This document shows positions 1-12,362 of a stretch of DNA of 64,000 bases, in pieces. The DNA lies in contig CM052820.1 in the NCBI GenBank assembly GCA_028534125.1, positions 3,968,001-4,032,000 of the forward strand, given 5' to 3'. The DNA is from Lama glama. Lineage: Eukaryota. Each line of letters opens with the position of its first letter. Position 1 is the first letter of the stretch. Position numbers and translations under genes: made by a program. The notes under the pieces were generated by a model. That model did not search any database. It was not told the origin of the DNA and saw only the letters and a program-made list of their open reading frames with translations.

Positions 1-1424
1 CTTGCTCAGAGCAGGACATGCTGCTTTCTCATTATTTCTCTGAAGTTCCTAGTAAGAAGTTTTATGTCCTTCAGTATTTTGGACAGTGATCACCCGATCT
101 TCAACATGGCTTACATGTGCGGGGGACCGAGATCGCAGACTGTCACACAGACGAAGACAGTCACCAGGATCAGTGGCACTTCTGTGGTTAGGGACTGGGC
201 TAGGAGGTGAAGTAATTAGAGAAGGTGGCTGAGCCAACTGCTGCTTTATCTATTAACCCAGTTTTAAAACTTCAGATAACCCTCACTAAAAATATCATGT
301 CCTTATAATTACTTGGTTGCAAGTAACACGGTAAAATTATGCTGAAAAATTTAAACAGCTAGATTTCAATACTGCTCAAGTTTTACTAGCGTTTAAAGAT
401 ATTTCCCCCCATTGGAACATTAAACGGCACCCACGAACGTGTTCAGAAATAAGCCTAAAATCTGTTGAGCAGTGGTAGCTGACAGAAGTTTTAAGTTTAT
501 TTGATTTGCAGAGGGTTTCTGGAGCTGACAGTTTAAATGCATTTCATGTGTCCCAGAAAATAAGTCTGGTGTTTACCACGTGGCTGGTTTCTAAGAAACC
601 AAGTAAACACTCATTTTAAAAAAATTAATTCAGATCCACATGCTCCCAAGAACGCTTTCACGGGCCTGATGACAGACATGTCTGCTGGGAGAGGACCCCA
701 GGCAGAGACCCCGGGGAAGCGGCAGGACTAGCAGAGGAACATCCAGCTCATGGGGACCGTCGGCCACCAGGCCCCTACAGCTGGAGGAAGTGACCACTGG
801 GACACGGCCAGCGTGTGACAGCGGCAGCCAGGAACGGGCAGGGCACAGTGGGAAGTCCAGGGCCGGTCAGCTTCGGTGGGCACAGACTGTTAACACGGGG
901 AAGGAGACGGCAAAGATGCAGCTGACTCGGGCCTCACAGCGGTCACCTGCGCTATAAGCCCACGTCCACCCAGAGAAGCTCCGGACACTGCATCGTGGTC
1001 CACGCAGCCCGCCCACCCCCATCCCCGCCCTACATGTGGGAAAGACTTCACAGAACTCAGCCCCAACCCGAATCACCGAGGGGCGGGGTCGGGGTGGTCA
1101 GCCCACTTTCAACTGTGTTCTTTTCTCTAGTTTCCAAATGACACGATTAGGGCCCAGGCATGTCTCCACTGCCACGACCTGGGATTTACTTAAAACTGTC
1201 AGCATAACCGCACAGACGAGGAGACAGTCCCTTGGGCATCTCCCAGCCGGGTCGGGGCTTAACCAAGGAAGAGCACTGAGCAGAAGAGAAGGCCATCTTG
1301 CTCTGAGGGACCTGAGGTCCTGAAGCCACACCTGTGCTTAGCGCTGAGGAGGCGGGGCCCACAGCCTGGGGCAGAAGCTGCGGGAGAAAAGGGGCGGGGC
1401 CTGTACTTAAAAGGTGACCTTCAC

Positions 1425-1600
1425 GAGGCCTTGCTCTGCACCAGGCACTAGAGCGGCGTCTTCCACACGTTTAAGCTCTTATTTGGTCCCTGCAACACCT
1501 GGGAAGCAGAGAAGAGCACACTGAGATTCAGGACCCAAGGTCACAGGAACAGGAGTGGCTGAGACAGGCTGGGGACCCTAGGTTTCAATGGCCACAGGCA
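1425..1600 (-). mobile_element. MIR SINE (decayed)
   Basis: ccaggcactagagc...cactgagattcaggacccaaggtcacag...gagtggctgagacaggctgg. Confidence 0.55.
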
Positions 1601-2413
1601 AGTTCAGGCCTGACACAGAGGCTCAGAGCTTCTAGAAGGCAGTGCAGCCCTCTCCCTGGGGACACTCAAGTCCAGGCAGGATGGGGTCCAGGCAAGGGTG
1701 TGGGGAGGCGGCCCCTCCGGCCCTGAGATCCTCCAGCCCAGGACTCCCTGGAGCTTCCTGACAAGGTGCTCCAGCTCCCGGACCACCACCCGCTTCCCTC
1801 CTGCCGTGGTGGCCCCACTCCTCCCGTCCCTGAAACCACCCAGCCCTTCCACACCCCGTTTCAGCCTGGAATCATTAAAGACGCTACGCATTTATAGGTT
1901 CTTCTCCCAGAATGTGAACCGGTTTCATCTTTCCTATGAAATACCCCAGGTTTGTATCAAACTCCGTGTATCTGACATAAACCAAATACATGAGAGAGAC
2001 GGGCTCTAGGCTCCTTCCGGGAAGACTGAAGAAGCGGAACACAGCCGGGTGCTTCCCTGCTGCGGCCCGGCGCAAGACAAACACACCAGGGATTTCCTGC
2101 CATGTCCGGAAGGCCTAACTCCCTATCTTATTGCATTATGTACCTTACCATTTCAACCATTTTGTTTTACACACTGCAGCTTTCTCAATGTAGTAGTTAT
2201 AATTACTCAGTATCTAACATTTTCCCCAAAGGCTAATTAGCAGCACTCAGGCATCTTCTGTCACCCTTTTCGGCTTCAGACTCCTTTCTTTACACAGAAG
2301 GAATTCCCATGGAGCTTCCCACTTTGGAAGGACACTGGCATCCCACCCGGCTCCAGTAAGTTCCTAGAGGAAGGTCCACCTGTAATTCTCTGCCCAAACT
2401 CATGGGGCTGAGT

Positions 2414-2557
2414 CTTTTTTTATTTTTAGTCTTTTTTTCCTGGAGGGGTAGGTAAATAGGTTTACTTATTTACTTTTGGAGGAGGTACTGGGGATTGAAC
2501 CCAGGACCTCGTGCATGCTAAGCATGTGCTTTACCACTTGAGCTATACCTTCCCCCC
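2414..2557 (-). mobile_element. tRNA-Ala-derived camelid SINE (vic-1 type)
   Basis: Reverse complement reads GGGGGAAGGTATAGCTCAAGTGGTAAAGCACATGCTTAGCATGCACGAGGTCCTGGGTTCAATCCCCAGTACCTCC plus an A-rich tail, with Pol III A and B boxes. Confidence 0.88.
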
Positions 2558-3905
2558 ATCTGACTGTTTTAATTTGTGAAATGAATGGTGCAGGGCTGGA
2601 ATTCCTAGATACCCGTTCATGTTTTCCGGTCTTGGGTGGGTTGCAGCCGTGGTGGCACATGTGTGGTCCCCGCTGGGAAGGACAGGAGAGCGAAGACGGA
2701 GCTCTGGGTCCCCGCCCAGATGAAGGCAGCTCCCCTGGAGATGAGAGGCGGTGCCATCGCAGCCTTCACACTGGCACATGCCCCGTCCCCCAGCTCCCAG
2801 CCAGGATCCTGCTGGCTGCCGGCCTAGATTCGGGGCTGTCACAGCCTTGGGGCTTTTTACCCTGAAATGTGAGCTGGTGAGGAGTCCGAGTCCAGAGAAG
2901 CTGAAGATGTACTCCCTGGGGGAATGAACCTCTGATGGATTCCGCTTACGGGGACCCAGGAAGGACAGCCGCTCCCAAGTCACACCTGGGCAAGGCCTGC
3001 AGCTGCCTGGGCCCCTCCTGTTTCACACCTGGATGAGGGTTTACTCCAGACTCAAGGCAAAGGAGGCTCTCAGACAGCGTGACGTCACCCTGGCATGTTT
3101 TACCCCATCTGGTGGCCTGAAATTCCTGGAACAATTAGCCAGGAGCACTTCACTTTATAACCACAGGAAGGAAGGTCCTGGACGTTCTTCAGTCTGTTTC
3201 CACCAGCCTTAAAACCTACTACTCAACCCGCTGGGCAGTTCAGTCCGCCTTAGAGCCGGTGGGCCGGCCCCCGCCCCTCCACTGCCACCAGGAACGCAGC
3301 TGCTGGCTCCAGCCTTTCCGGGCCCAGGTCCTCCTGCATGGCGCACGGCGGGAGGCAAGGAGAAGCACAGAGACGCGTTGCAGGACACGGTCTCAGAGCA
3401 ACGCCTCAGCTCCGCAGCTCCGAACTCCCTGGGGGCACAACCACCTCCCCGCCTGCCAGGGGAAAGTGTCTCAGGGGCTCGTGTTTTCCACCAGATTCCC
3501 ACTTAATCCTGGGCGGCCTGGTATTCTTTCCTTTTTCTTTTTCTTTTTCTTTTTCAGGGAAAGAGTGAAAACCAGTGGCAGACGTGCGGGGTCTGTGGTG
3601 GAAGGCGGGGTGCCCAAACCCCCGTTCACTCTTCTGATTAGCAGCCGTTAGTGGGGCACCAATGGCAAGGGAGTCATTCGTATCTGATTCTTTCTGTCAG
3701 AGGTGAATGGCAGCTGCGAAACTCCCATCAGCGCTGTGAAGGTCACGTGTAAACTAACCTTCACTCAGGTCTGCAACCCCAGCAGTGAGCGTCGCCGGAA
3801 AGGCCTGGGGCAGCTTCGCTCTTCTGGTCACGAGGACGTAACGGGCAACCTCAGTCCCGAGTGCAGCTGCCGTCAAACACCGCATGTGTGTGCTATGCGT
3901 GCTTC

Positions 3906-4320
3906 TGAGGGCTGAATTCTCTCCCGTAAGCCGTGTGCAAGGCCCTGCCCCCGACACCCCGACACCTGCGATGTGGCCTTGTTTGCCAACAGGGTCTTTG
4001 CAGACGTGATCAAAATGAGGTCGTCCTCGAGTAGGGTGGCCCTCAACCCAGAGACCTGTGTCTTCATGAGATGAAGGAAATGTGGACACAGACAGACACA
4101 GGGAGGAGAGGCAGAGACCGGAGCAACGCGTCTGCAGCCCAGGAAGGCCAAGGGCCGTCGGTGTCAGCAGCTCGGATGCTCCCTCAGCTCCTCAGGGGGA
4201 GCCAGCCTGTCCACACCTTGATCTCGGACTTCCAGCCTCCAGGGCTGTGAGAACACATTCCTGTTGTTTTAAGCCACCCAGTTGCTGGTAATTTGTCATG
4301 GCGGTCCTAGAACTCAAGCA
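3906..4320 (+). mobile_element. MaLR solo LTR (MLT1 family)
   Basis: Diagnostic blocks: agggtctttgcagacgtgat, ccacaccttgatctcggacttccagcctccagggctgtgaga and ctgttgttttaagccacccag. Confidence 0.85.
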
Positions 4321-7044
4321 CATGGACATCTCTCTCTCTTACACACACACACACAATTAAAAGGGTATTTGCCTGCACAAAACTTTTACTTTGGATTACT
4401 TTCACGGACTTACAGGCTCCCCACTGGTTACCCACTTTTGCCTTGTGAATCCACTAATGAAAAACACGGAGTATTTAAATCCTTCCTTCATTTAAATTGT
4501 ATCTTTCCCATGATCTAAATTGTGGGAGTCCACTCTCTTTGCTACAAGAATTAAAACATCAACCAAAATGTACCACACAATTAAAGCACACCAGATGTCA
4601 TCCTCTGAGACCCGACGACAAAGTGCCCGCTGGGGGAGGCTGGGGACCACCCCATCCCAGCGGCGGGTTTTCTATGGAGAAAGAACCCTCTTCAGAAAGC
4701 AGAAGGCCCTTTACCCTCCCGGCCATCTAAAGACACCTGCCACAGGTCAAAGTAAAGCTACAGGCTGTTTCCCCGTTAATGAAATCAAAAGAAGAGCCAC
4801 ATGCAGACAGGAGAGCAGCAGGGCGACCCCAGGCAGCCGGTGCACAGGCGGGGCCCAACCACGCCAGCAGCACACGCCTCCCGTCGGAGCTGCTGCCCAG
4901 GGTGGGAAAGGCAGCCGATCACTCCAGTGGTGGGAAGAGGGAAGGAGGAAAAATCAGAAAGTAATAGTAATAGCAAGAAAACAGAAAGGTCTCACAGCTC
5001 ACCCAGAGTCCAGGCCCCTCCGCCCAGTGCCCACAATGTCCACCATCAGCTGTGCCCTGACCCGACCCTTGGCTGCAGAAGTCGCTGCCTGGCAGCTGTA
5101 CTTGGCCTTCGCTGCCTCTGGCACCGCCCGGAGAGGACTCCCTTTGCTCTCATGTTCTCCATAAACCTGGGTGATGTCACGGCACATTGCAACTCCAAAC
5201 ATTCTCTGTGCAGACTTCTCAGTGAAGCAAGCCTGGGTAACTGAGGAAGTCACCACGCCCGACAAGAGCTGAAATCCCTCTGCAGCTGCGGCGCCCCGAC
5301 CAGAGAAAGAACTTCAGCGTGTCAAGACGTCGGGAGGCATGGCTTTTCCCGTTCTGTTTCTTTCCTTTCAGAAGCAACCAACTGGGTTCCCTCCTGCTGC
5401 CACGTGGATGGAACATGGGAGCCAGTTCCCTGGTCTCACAAAGAGAGGCAAAGGCATAGCCACCAGCCAGGTTCCAGGGTGGCAGGTCCCTTGGAAAATG
5501 GACTCACGGAGGTGAAGGGCTTCCAGGCACCAGGCGGCACCTGTTCACAATCTTCCAGGACCTGGAGGCCCTGATGCATGTGCAAAGGGGCGTATCTCTC
5601 TAAGCTCCCAGCGATGCCAAGGGCAATCCCTTGACCTGGAATCAAATGGTGAGCGGACAGGTGGCCAGGTGGCAGGACGAGAGGAAAGATCAATTCTGGA
5701 CAATCTTCCCTCTGAGCCAGGAGGCCCTGGGCACCGGCTCCTCTGAGGGATGAGGTTTTCCCACTTTGCAGAGGAAGAAAGAGATGGGAGCGTACTCAAG
5801 AATGCATATACTCTTTCAGATAATGTCTTAACATCATATGATACCGTGAAATTCCAGTAGTAAAACGTGTCACTTGAAAAGTCAAAGAAGCAGGGCTATA
5901 AGAGACCACATTCAGGTCCCCCCGCTGGGAACAATTTTTACTTCTGATGTGCAAACGTTCAAGAGAAAGGCCTCCATGTTCATCAGAATGTAAGGGCCCG
6001 CTGCAGACTCACAGTCAGGCTCGAATGCGGTGGCACAAACTGGACCCCCAAAGGGAAAACAGCAGAAGCCACAATAAGGACAAAACGCACCACAGGGGAG
6101 GGGGCGGCGGCCAGGAGCCAGGGGGCTGGGGACTCGCACTGGCCACCCCAAACGCTGAACCAAGCCCGGAGAGGCCAGCACGTCACCAAACCAGGGCCCA
6201 GACAACGTAACCTCCAGGGGCCCCCAACTGAAATCTGGAGTGTTCCAAGGGCAACACAGGCAGGTTTACTGGGAGAGGTGATCACGTCACCTGCAGTCAT
6301 GTTCATCCGTCCACAAGCGGCTGCCGTCACTAACACAAAAGCCACTAACCCCGAGGAGTAAGCAGAAACCCCAAGAAAAAGGCTCTAAGACAATCAGGTA
6401 TAATCCAAGGGATGATGGCTAAAATCCACATTCGGACACAAACGAATAAACACACCAGCGCAACCAAGCAGAGACCCCAGGAAAGAAGTCGGAAAGACGC
6501 GTAAATTCCTCGCCTGCCTCACCTAAGGGACGCAGTTTTTTGGCATCTGTGTATATTTTGCATTGTCCAGCTACGTTTTTTTCCCCATTGATTCCCACAA
6601 TTTGAACCTTCAGTTTAACTTCTCGTCTTCCAAGAGCATCATTTCAATGTGGGTAAGGGAAAAGGAAGCCGTTCCCTCATGTGACCACCACGAGACCTTG
6701 ATGACATGATTGCAAAGTTCTGCAAAGTCACGCCAGAGCCCCAAGCAAAGATGGCCCAGGGTTCCATCTTCCACACTCCCCTGAACGGTCAACAGTGTCC
6801 AGGACAAGAGGTAAGTACCAGAACAGGTGTTACGGGAGACACGGGAGCTACTCAGGACTACTGCTAACGACATCTAAGGGACAAAACAAGGTGAAATGTT
6901 TAACTTAAAAAAAAAAGGAGAAAGCGGAACAAAATAGGATGGTACACAGAACAAAGAGGGCAGGGGACACTACGGTACAGAGCTGGGCCTCTCCTCTCTC
7001 TCCAAACAAGACAAGCAGCTGCCAAGAAGAAAAGGTATAGTTAC

Positions 7045-7056
7045 CTGCATCCATGT
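7045..7056 (-). CDS. AGAP1: 12-nt microexon of AGAP1 (adds DMDA after ...EESPE)
   Basis: Minus strand reads ttccttctttttcttactggctgttccattctttgcAG|acatggatgcag|GTAACT. Long CU-rich tract, branch-like cttac and strong donor. Phase 1 gives G|AC ATG GAT GCA G with no stop. Confidence 0.75.
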
Positions 7057-7757
7057 CTGCAAAGAATGGAACAGCCAGTAAGAAAAAGAAGGAACCAGAA
7101 ATTCAGTGTCTCACAGTTGGATTTTCAAAGGTTACACGGAGAGAAAATAAAATTTAGAAAACTGCGTGTGCGAGATACCTTGACTAGGGAACAAGGGGGC
7201 TAAAGGGTCTCCTAGCGTTATACTGAAATTTCATTTACAGCAAAACATAAAACATGGATATGTTCACAGAAGAAGTAAAGGCCTGGTGGCAAAAGAAATA
7301 TCTCATTCACGTGCAAAATGATTATCAAATGTTTGTAATACGATCATAAGGGGGGGAACGTTCTCAAACATACGGTGGTGGTGATCACCTGAAGGGCCTT
7401 GAATCTCTAAGTAACATACAAATTATACATCAGCTCAACATCCAGATCAGAGAAACTTCCAAGCAATACAGGAGCGACACTGGATTAACGTTTGAAAGGA
7501 CAGAATTACTAGGTAAGAAATACGTTCCACAGCATTTGTGGCTTTACTTTATTGCTGCAAATGCCGAGGTGAAGATAACATAGCTGGTCAGCTAACAATA
7601 CTGCAGAGGAAACAACGGGCCTGCAGATTTTTGAGGCTTGGTATTTTATTACTTGCTTGATATGTGATACATCAAAGTAATGACTTAGAATATGCTAGCG
7701 AAAAATTTAGAGAAACTAAACTCTCTGAAGCTTGAGGCTGTCTGCCAAACAGCATAC

Positions 7758-7845
7758 CTTCGGGAGACTCCTCCTGGACGTACGTGCCGGTCAGATACCG
7801 GTGCACCAGGGCCGACTTGCCGCTGGCCAAGTTACCCACAATTCC
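7758..7845 (-). CDS. AGAP1: AGAP1 coding exon (88 nt; [29 protein letters not shown][G]; P-loop of GTPase-like domain; canonical exon 3)
   Basis: tttgttccAG|ggaatt...gaag|GTATGC, with Walker A motif GNLASGKS. The translation matches AGAP1. Phase 0 in, phase 1 out. Confidence 0.96.
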
Positions 7846-9856
7846 CTGGAACAAAGACAGGGACAGTCATTAAGCATCAGTGTAGCGCGCTATGCGGCAA
7901 GCTGCAAACAGACAGGTTCAAATGTGGTGTAATCCTAAACCTGATCTCAACCCAGCACTGCTGGGTGGCCAGAAATTGGCTCATTAAATCCTCCTGCTGG
8001 GAAGAAAGGGGTTCCAACACCCTCGGTGAACATCTCACGTTCTCACCGGCCCCTACAGCCCAGAGAATCAACACAGTTCGAACACACACTGGTGGTGGCC
8101 TTTTTCCAGATGCCAGGAGTGCTGGTTCCATCAGGAAGGTGTGCAGTGAGCCAGCCCGTCCACATTTTCAGGTACCCTCAGAACACTCCACCAGGCGCCA
8201 GGTGAAGCAGCACACAGTGGCAGGATGGAGGAACTCGAGGGTAAGGAGGACATTCTGGTGCCTTCCATCACGACTCTGGAGTAGGATTTTGGAGCCGGGT
8301 GAGACTAGCAGACAAAGAGCCACGCAGGGAAAAGACTGTCCAGGAAGGACACAAGGGGCGAAAACTGGACCAAGGCGGAGGGAGGGGAGAGCAAGCCTCT
8401 ATCTCTGGACATGGGGTCTACACCACAGGACCAACACAAGGACAGAGTGGGGGCCACGGCAGGGGCGGCAGAGGGGTTCATACTGGGTTAAAAAGGAGTC
8501 AGAGTGACGTGAGGGCCACTGTCCTAGCATGTAGGAAGGCCCGGTCACCACGGGGCAAGGTTGGCACTACCCTGGCTTTTTTCAAAAAATCCCCTATAAC
8601 ACAGCCAAGATATCTGGCCTGGAGGCAGCCAGCCCCGCCGGAAGCCTTCCCTCCACTGGAGGTCTCACCCCACCACCTTGACCTCCCAGGCAATGCTGGT
8701 CACCAGGACTGTCCAGCATCTGAGTCTTACCCTCCCCCACCAGGACTTTCCTATCTACACGGGGGCATGATCAAATCAATCCTCTCTTTAAGGAAAGCAA
8801 GACGGGAGACCTGCCCTGGAGATGGGTCCCCTCCTAATGGAGAGGCTGCCATCCCCTTCAGGGCCAGGCCTCAGGCTCTGCCCACCCCCAGGCTCCACCC
8901 ACCCCTGCCCCCGCCCTGAAGGTCTGACCCCATTCTCCAGGACACTGCCGAGGTCACCAAGGACTTCAATTTCTAAAACCATGAGCCTTTCTCCAACTCC
9001 TGACCCAGGCCCATCACCAGAAGCTGTAGAACTGAGATTCTCTTTCTTCAAACTCCCACCCTGGGCTTCCTCTTAGAATTCCCTCTCTGACCACACGGGC
9101 TCCTTCCCGAGCTCTCCCAAGGTCCTGGATTCTAGGTCCCCCAAGTGCGCCTGGACACACTGGACTCCACAAATAGGCTTCAAGTTCCCACCCTCGTTCT
9201 CCAGCCCCCACCCCGCAGCTCCAGGGAAACCCACACCATCCATGCCAGTACTCAAAACCTCGGCATGTCCGCGTCCTGCCCAGTCTGCTCATCTTCCTCT
9301 GGGACCACATGCCCTCCAGCCTCTCACACCAGACACCGGGAAGCTGTCCCGCCTCCCATCCCGCCCAGACGTCCCAGGACCCCCGCACCTGGGAGCGTCT
9401 TCAGGGTCCCGTGGGCCCGGCTGGGCTGCCCATCACCTGGATCTCGGGAAAGCCTGCCTGGGAGGCCCCCCCTCACCCCCAGGATACCAGAGATTCTTTA
9501 ACATGGGCACTGCCAAAGTGTTACTCCCTCATTTCACAATTCTTGGGAAGACTCCCACAGCCGGCAAGTCCAAATATTTCACAACAAAGGGTCTTCATCC
9601 AAACCCTTGTACACAGTCTGCCATGGGCACCCAGACACGGCAGGAACCACACTGACACTTCTTTCTTCCTGCCACCTGGGCACAACTCCCTCCTTCCCCT
9701 GAAGGGAGTGCTGGATGCTTTTCCTGCCTCTCAGCATGCTCAAGACACCTGACACTGTGACCCGCTACACGCAGGTCCCTGGATACCAGCAAGGCCACCG
9801 CTCTGAATCCTGACCCTCAGCCCAGGTTCCAGCCCCAACAAAGTGCCAGTAGGTAC

Positions 9857-9962
9857 AGGATGGATGATGGATGGATGGCCGGCCGGACAAACAGATGGAT
9901 GGATGGGTGGGAGGCAGGGCTGGAGGGAGGGTTTGCTGGCTGGTTGGATAAATGGATGGTGA
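9857..9962 (+). repeat. Degenerate (GGAT)n / purine-rich microsatellite
   Basis: ggatggatgatggatggatgg...gatggatggatgggtggg...ggataaatggatgg. Confidence 0.8.
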
Positions 9963-10169
9963 TGCCAATAACTTACAAGAACAAACACAAGGGAGAACAG
10001 ATTTGGCATGAGATTGTAGAAAATAAGTTAAAACCTGACCTAAAACCCCAAGCCCATCCTGTCCCCCTCACCATGCAGGGCACTTTGTCCTCTGTATTCA
10101 GGGACCAAACCCATCCCGCAGGCCTTGCTGTCTCCAGACACCCAGACCTTCCCACGTCAATCGCTGCCT

Positions 10170-10460
10170 GAAATACGACTCTTAACTCACTGCTCAGCAA
10201 TCAGTTTGGATGTCACCTCCTCTGAGAAGCCCTCCTAACGCCACAGCCTCCAGCAGTGCCTCTCCCCAGAGCCCCCTCAGCGCCCTCCTCACTGCCCTGT
10301 CGTGACACTCACCTCTGCGTTTCCCCAGCATCGGTCTGTGGGGCTGACGCCCTCCAGTGCTGACAAGGCACTGGGTCTCACCTCTCCCTGGCCCTCCACA
10401 CCCCGGGCTGCCCCCACCCCAAGGCAGACTCTCGGCAGCACTGACTGAATGAACGAAGGA
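10170..10460 (+). mobile_element. L2 LINE 3' end (decayed)
   Basis: gatgtcacctcctctgagaagccctcct ... ending in gactgaatgaacgaa. Further L2-like pieces occur near 36960-37460 and 61150-61292. Confidence 0.55.
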
Positions 10461-12189
10461 GTGACTGTAAGGCCAGTGGGTAGAAATGAGATGCTTTCTC
10501 ACTCGGCTCAAAGCCACAGACAATGTGGACAGACCCTCAATAAAGCTGTTTGTCTTCCTGATTTGACTTCTGTCTTCCTTTTGCCTCGGGCCTCTATAAT
10601 CGGAGAGTTTCTACCTATTAATTATTCTCTTGCTCAAGGGCACCTGCTGTTTGTCAGCTTCACGCTGAGAAAATCCAAAACAGTGTGCCACAGAATTAAA
10701 TTTTTAATTAAGGTTGGGGTTTTGTCTTTCCCGAGGAGGAGACGCTCAGAATCCAGTTCTTCCCGTGCGGGGCCGGCGTTCCTCCTGCCTCACGCGCCAG
10801 CGGTCCGCGCAGAAGGGGCTTTCCCCTCACAGGGATCAGCTCACCCGACCCAGGGCGGGGGATTATTTGGAGTGAATGGCTGGCTCACAGACCTCCTTAC
10901 GTTTGCACACCACAGGCATTAGTTTAATTTGAAACACTGGCAGAAACTAACAGCCGGCTGTGAGGAGGAAATAAAACAAGGGGTGAAAACGCCCTTGACG
11001 CTGTAAAGCTCCACCAGGATCCAAGAACCGCGGCTGCGTGGAGACCAGAGAGCGGAACCACCCCAGGCTGGGTCTCCGGGCTTGAGGAGACACGAGGTAA
11101 CACGGGTGGCGTCCTGAAAACCGCAGGAGCAGCCGTGCATGCTGGGGCAACACGTCGCCACCGCTGGCCTGGCGTCCTCTGGGCAGGCCTAGGAGCCGCC
11201 ACGCCACAAGAGGGGAAGGAGCTGGGGGGGGCCTTTTTAAGCTGATTTCTCGACTGTCCCACACCTTCCCGCTTATCTTGCTCAGCTTGCTGAAAACGGC
11301 ATCGAGGCCTTCAGTACAAACCCCAGCCAGGAATTCAGTGAAAACACACAGACAGGATGTGACAAGGGGCTGATGGACGCCACCTCCACAGGCACGAGGG
11401 GAAGGGGCGCGGCGTGCGCCGCCGGGCTCGTGTCCGCAGGGCCAAGCGCGGGCCACCGATCGCCCGGCCACCATGCGACCTCGGAGTGCGCGCGGCACAG
11501 CCCCGCTCTCGCACAGCAAGCCGACACTGACGGTTTCTCTCCGACAGATTCCACAAGATTCATCACCCAGTGTGACATAAAGAACCCATCTGAGGCTTGT
11601 TACTGTGTCATTTAATCGCTCCGTTTCTGAAAACACTGTCAGGGGCTCGGAAGGCGCTGACCTAGGGGACCACCCGTCCGTCCCGGGCGCTGGACTCGGG
11701 CAGGGAACAATCGCGGCCCTGTGGACACGCGGACTCAGAGGCTGCCCTGGACAAAGGCGCACTTGCTGGAGATGCTGGGAACCCTGCAGCACAGAAGGGA
11801 TCTGCTGACGAGGTCAAGGAGGCGGAGCTGCCCGCTCCCTGCCCGGCAGGGGGCGCACGGTCCAGAGCAGAGCCAGCCAGCCTGCCGGAGTCTCGGCCAG
11901 CGCTCGGGTCAGGAGGCAGGACGCTGCACAGCGACTTCTCCTAGACGAAGTCCATCCAATCTGGGAATTCGTGCCAGCTAGGCTGTAGGATCGTAAATCC
12001 ATGCTGCCTGTTAATGCAACCACCCCTACGCCTCCAAGGCGTGTTTCTTATTTCAAAGGTGCTCTTGAAATACCAGCAGGAAACGGGTTGGCGGAAGCAT
12101 CCTCAGTGATGGGCTGGTGTGGCCTCAGCACCCGACTCCCTAAACTGGGTTTAGACCAGAGGGTCTGATACTCAATGATCACAGACTCT

Positions 12190-12362
12190 AATATGGTCGA
12201 AAGGGTGACCCCTGGCCTCATGTGGCTACTTTAACCTAAATTAAGCTTAAACTAAAATTTAAAATTCAGCTCGTCATTTGTACTCGCTACAGGGGGTCCG
12301 TGGCTGTCACCATGGACAGCGAAGACAGAGAACGTCTCCGCGTTGCAGAAAGTCCCGCCGGT
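12190..12362. mobile_element. MER3/MER33-like hAT-Charlie fragment
   Basis: catgtggctact...aaaatttaaaattcagctc...ggacagcgaagacagagaacgtctcc...gcagaaagt. Confidence 0.55.

Noticed and set aside
2480-2557. tRNA-Ala(AGC)-like sequences here and at ~19380, ~44150 and ~61660
   Set aside because: They have A-rich SINE tails, a TSD in at least one copy and disrupted acceptor stems, so they are SINE heads rather than tRNA genes.
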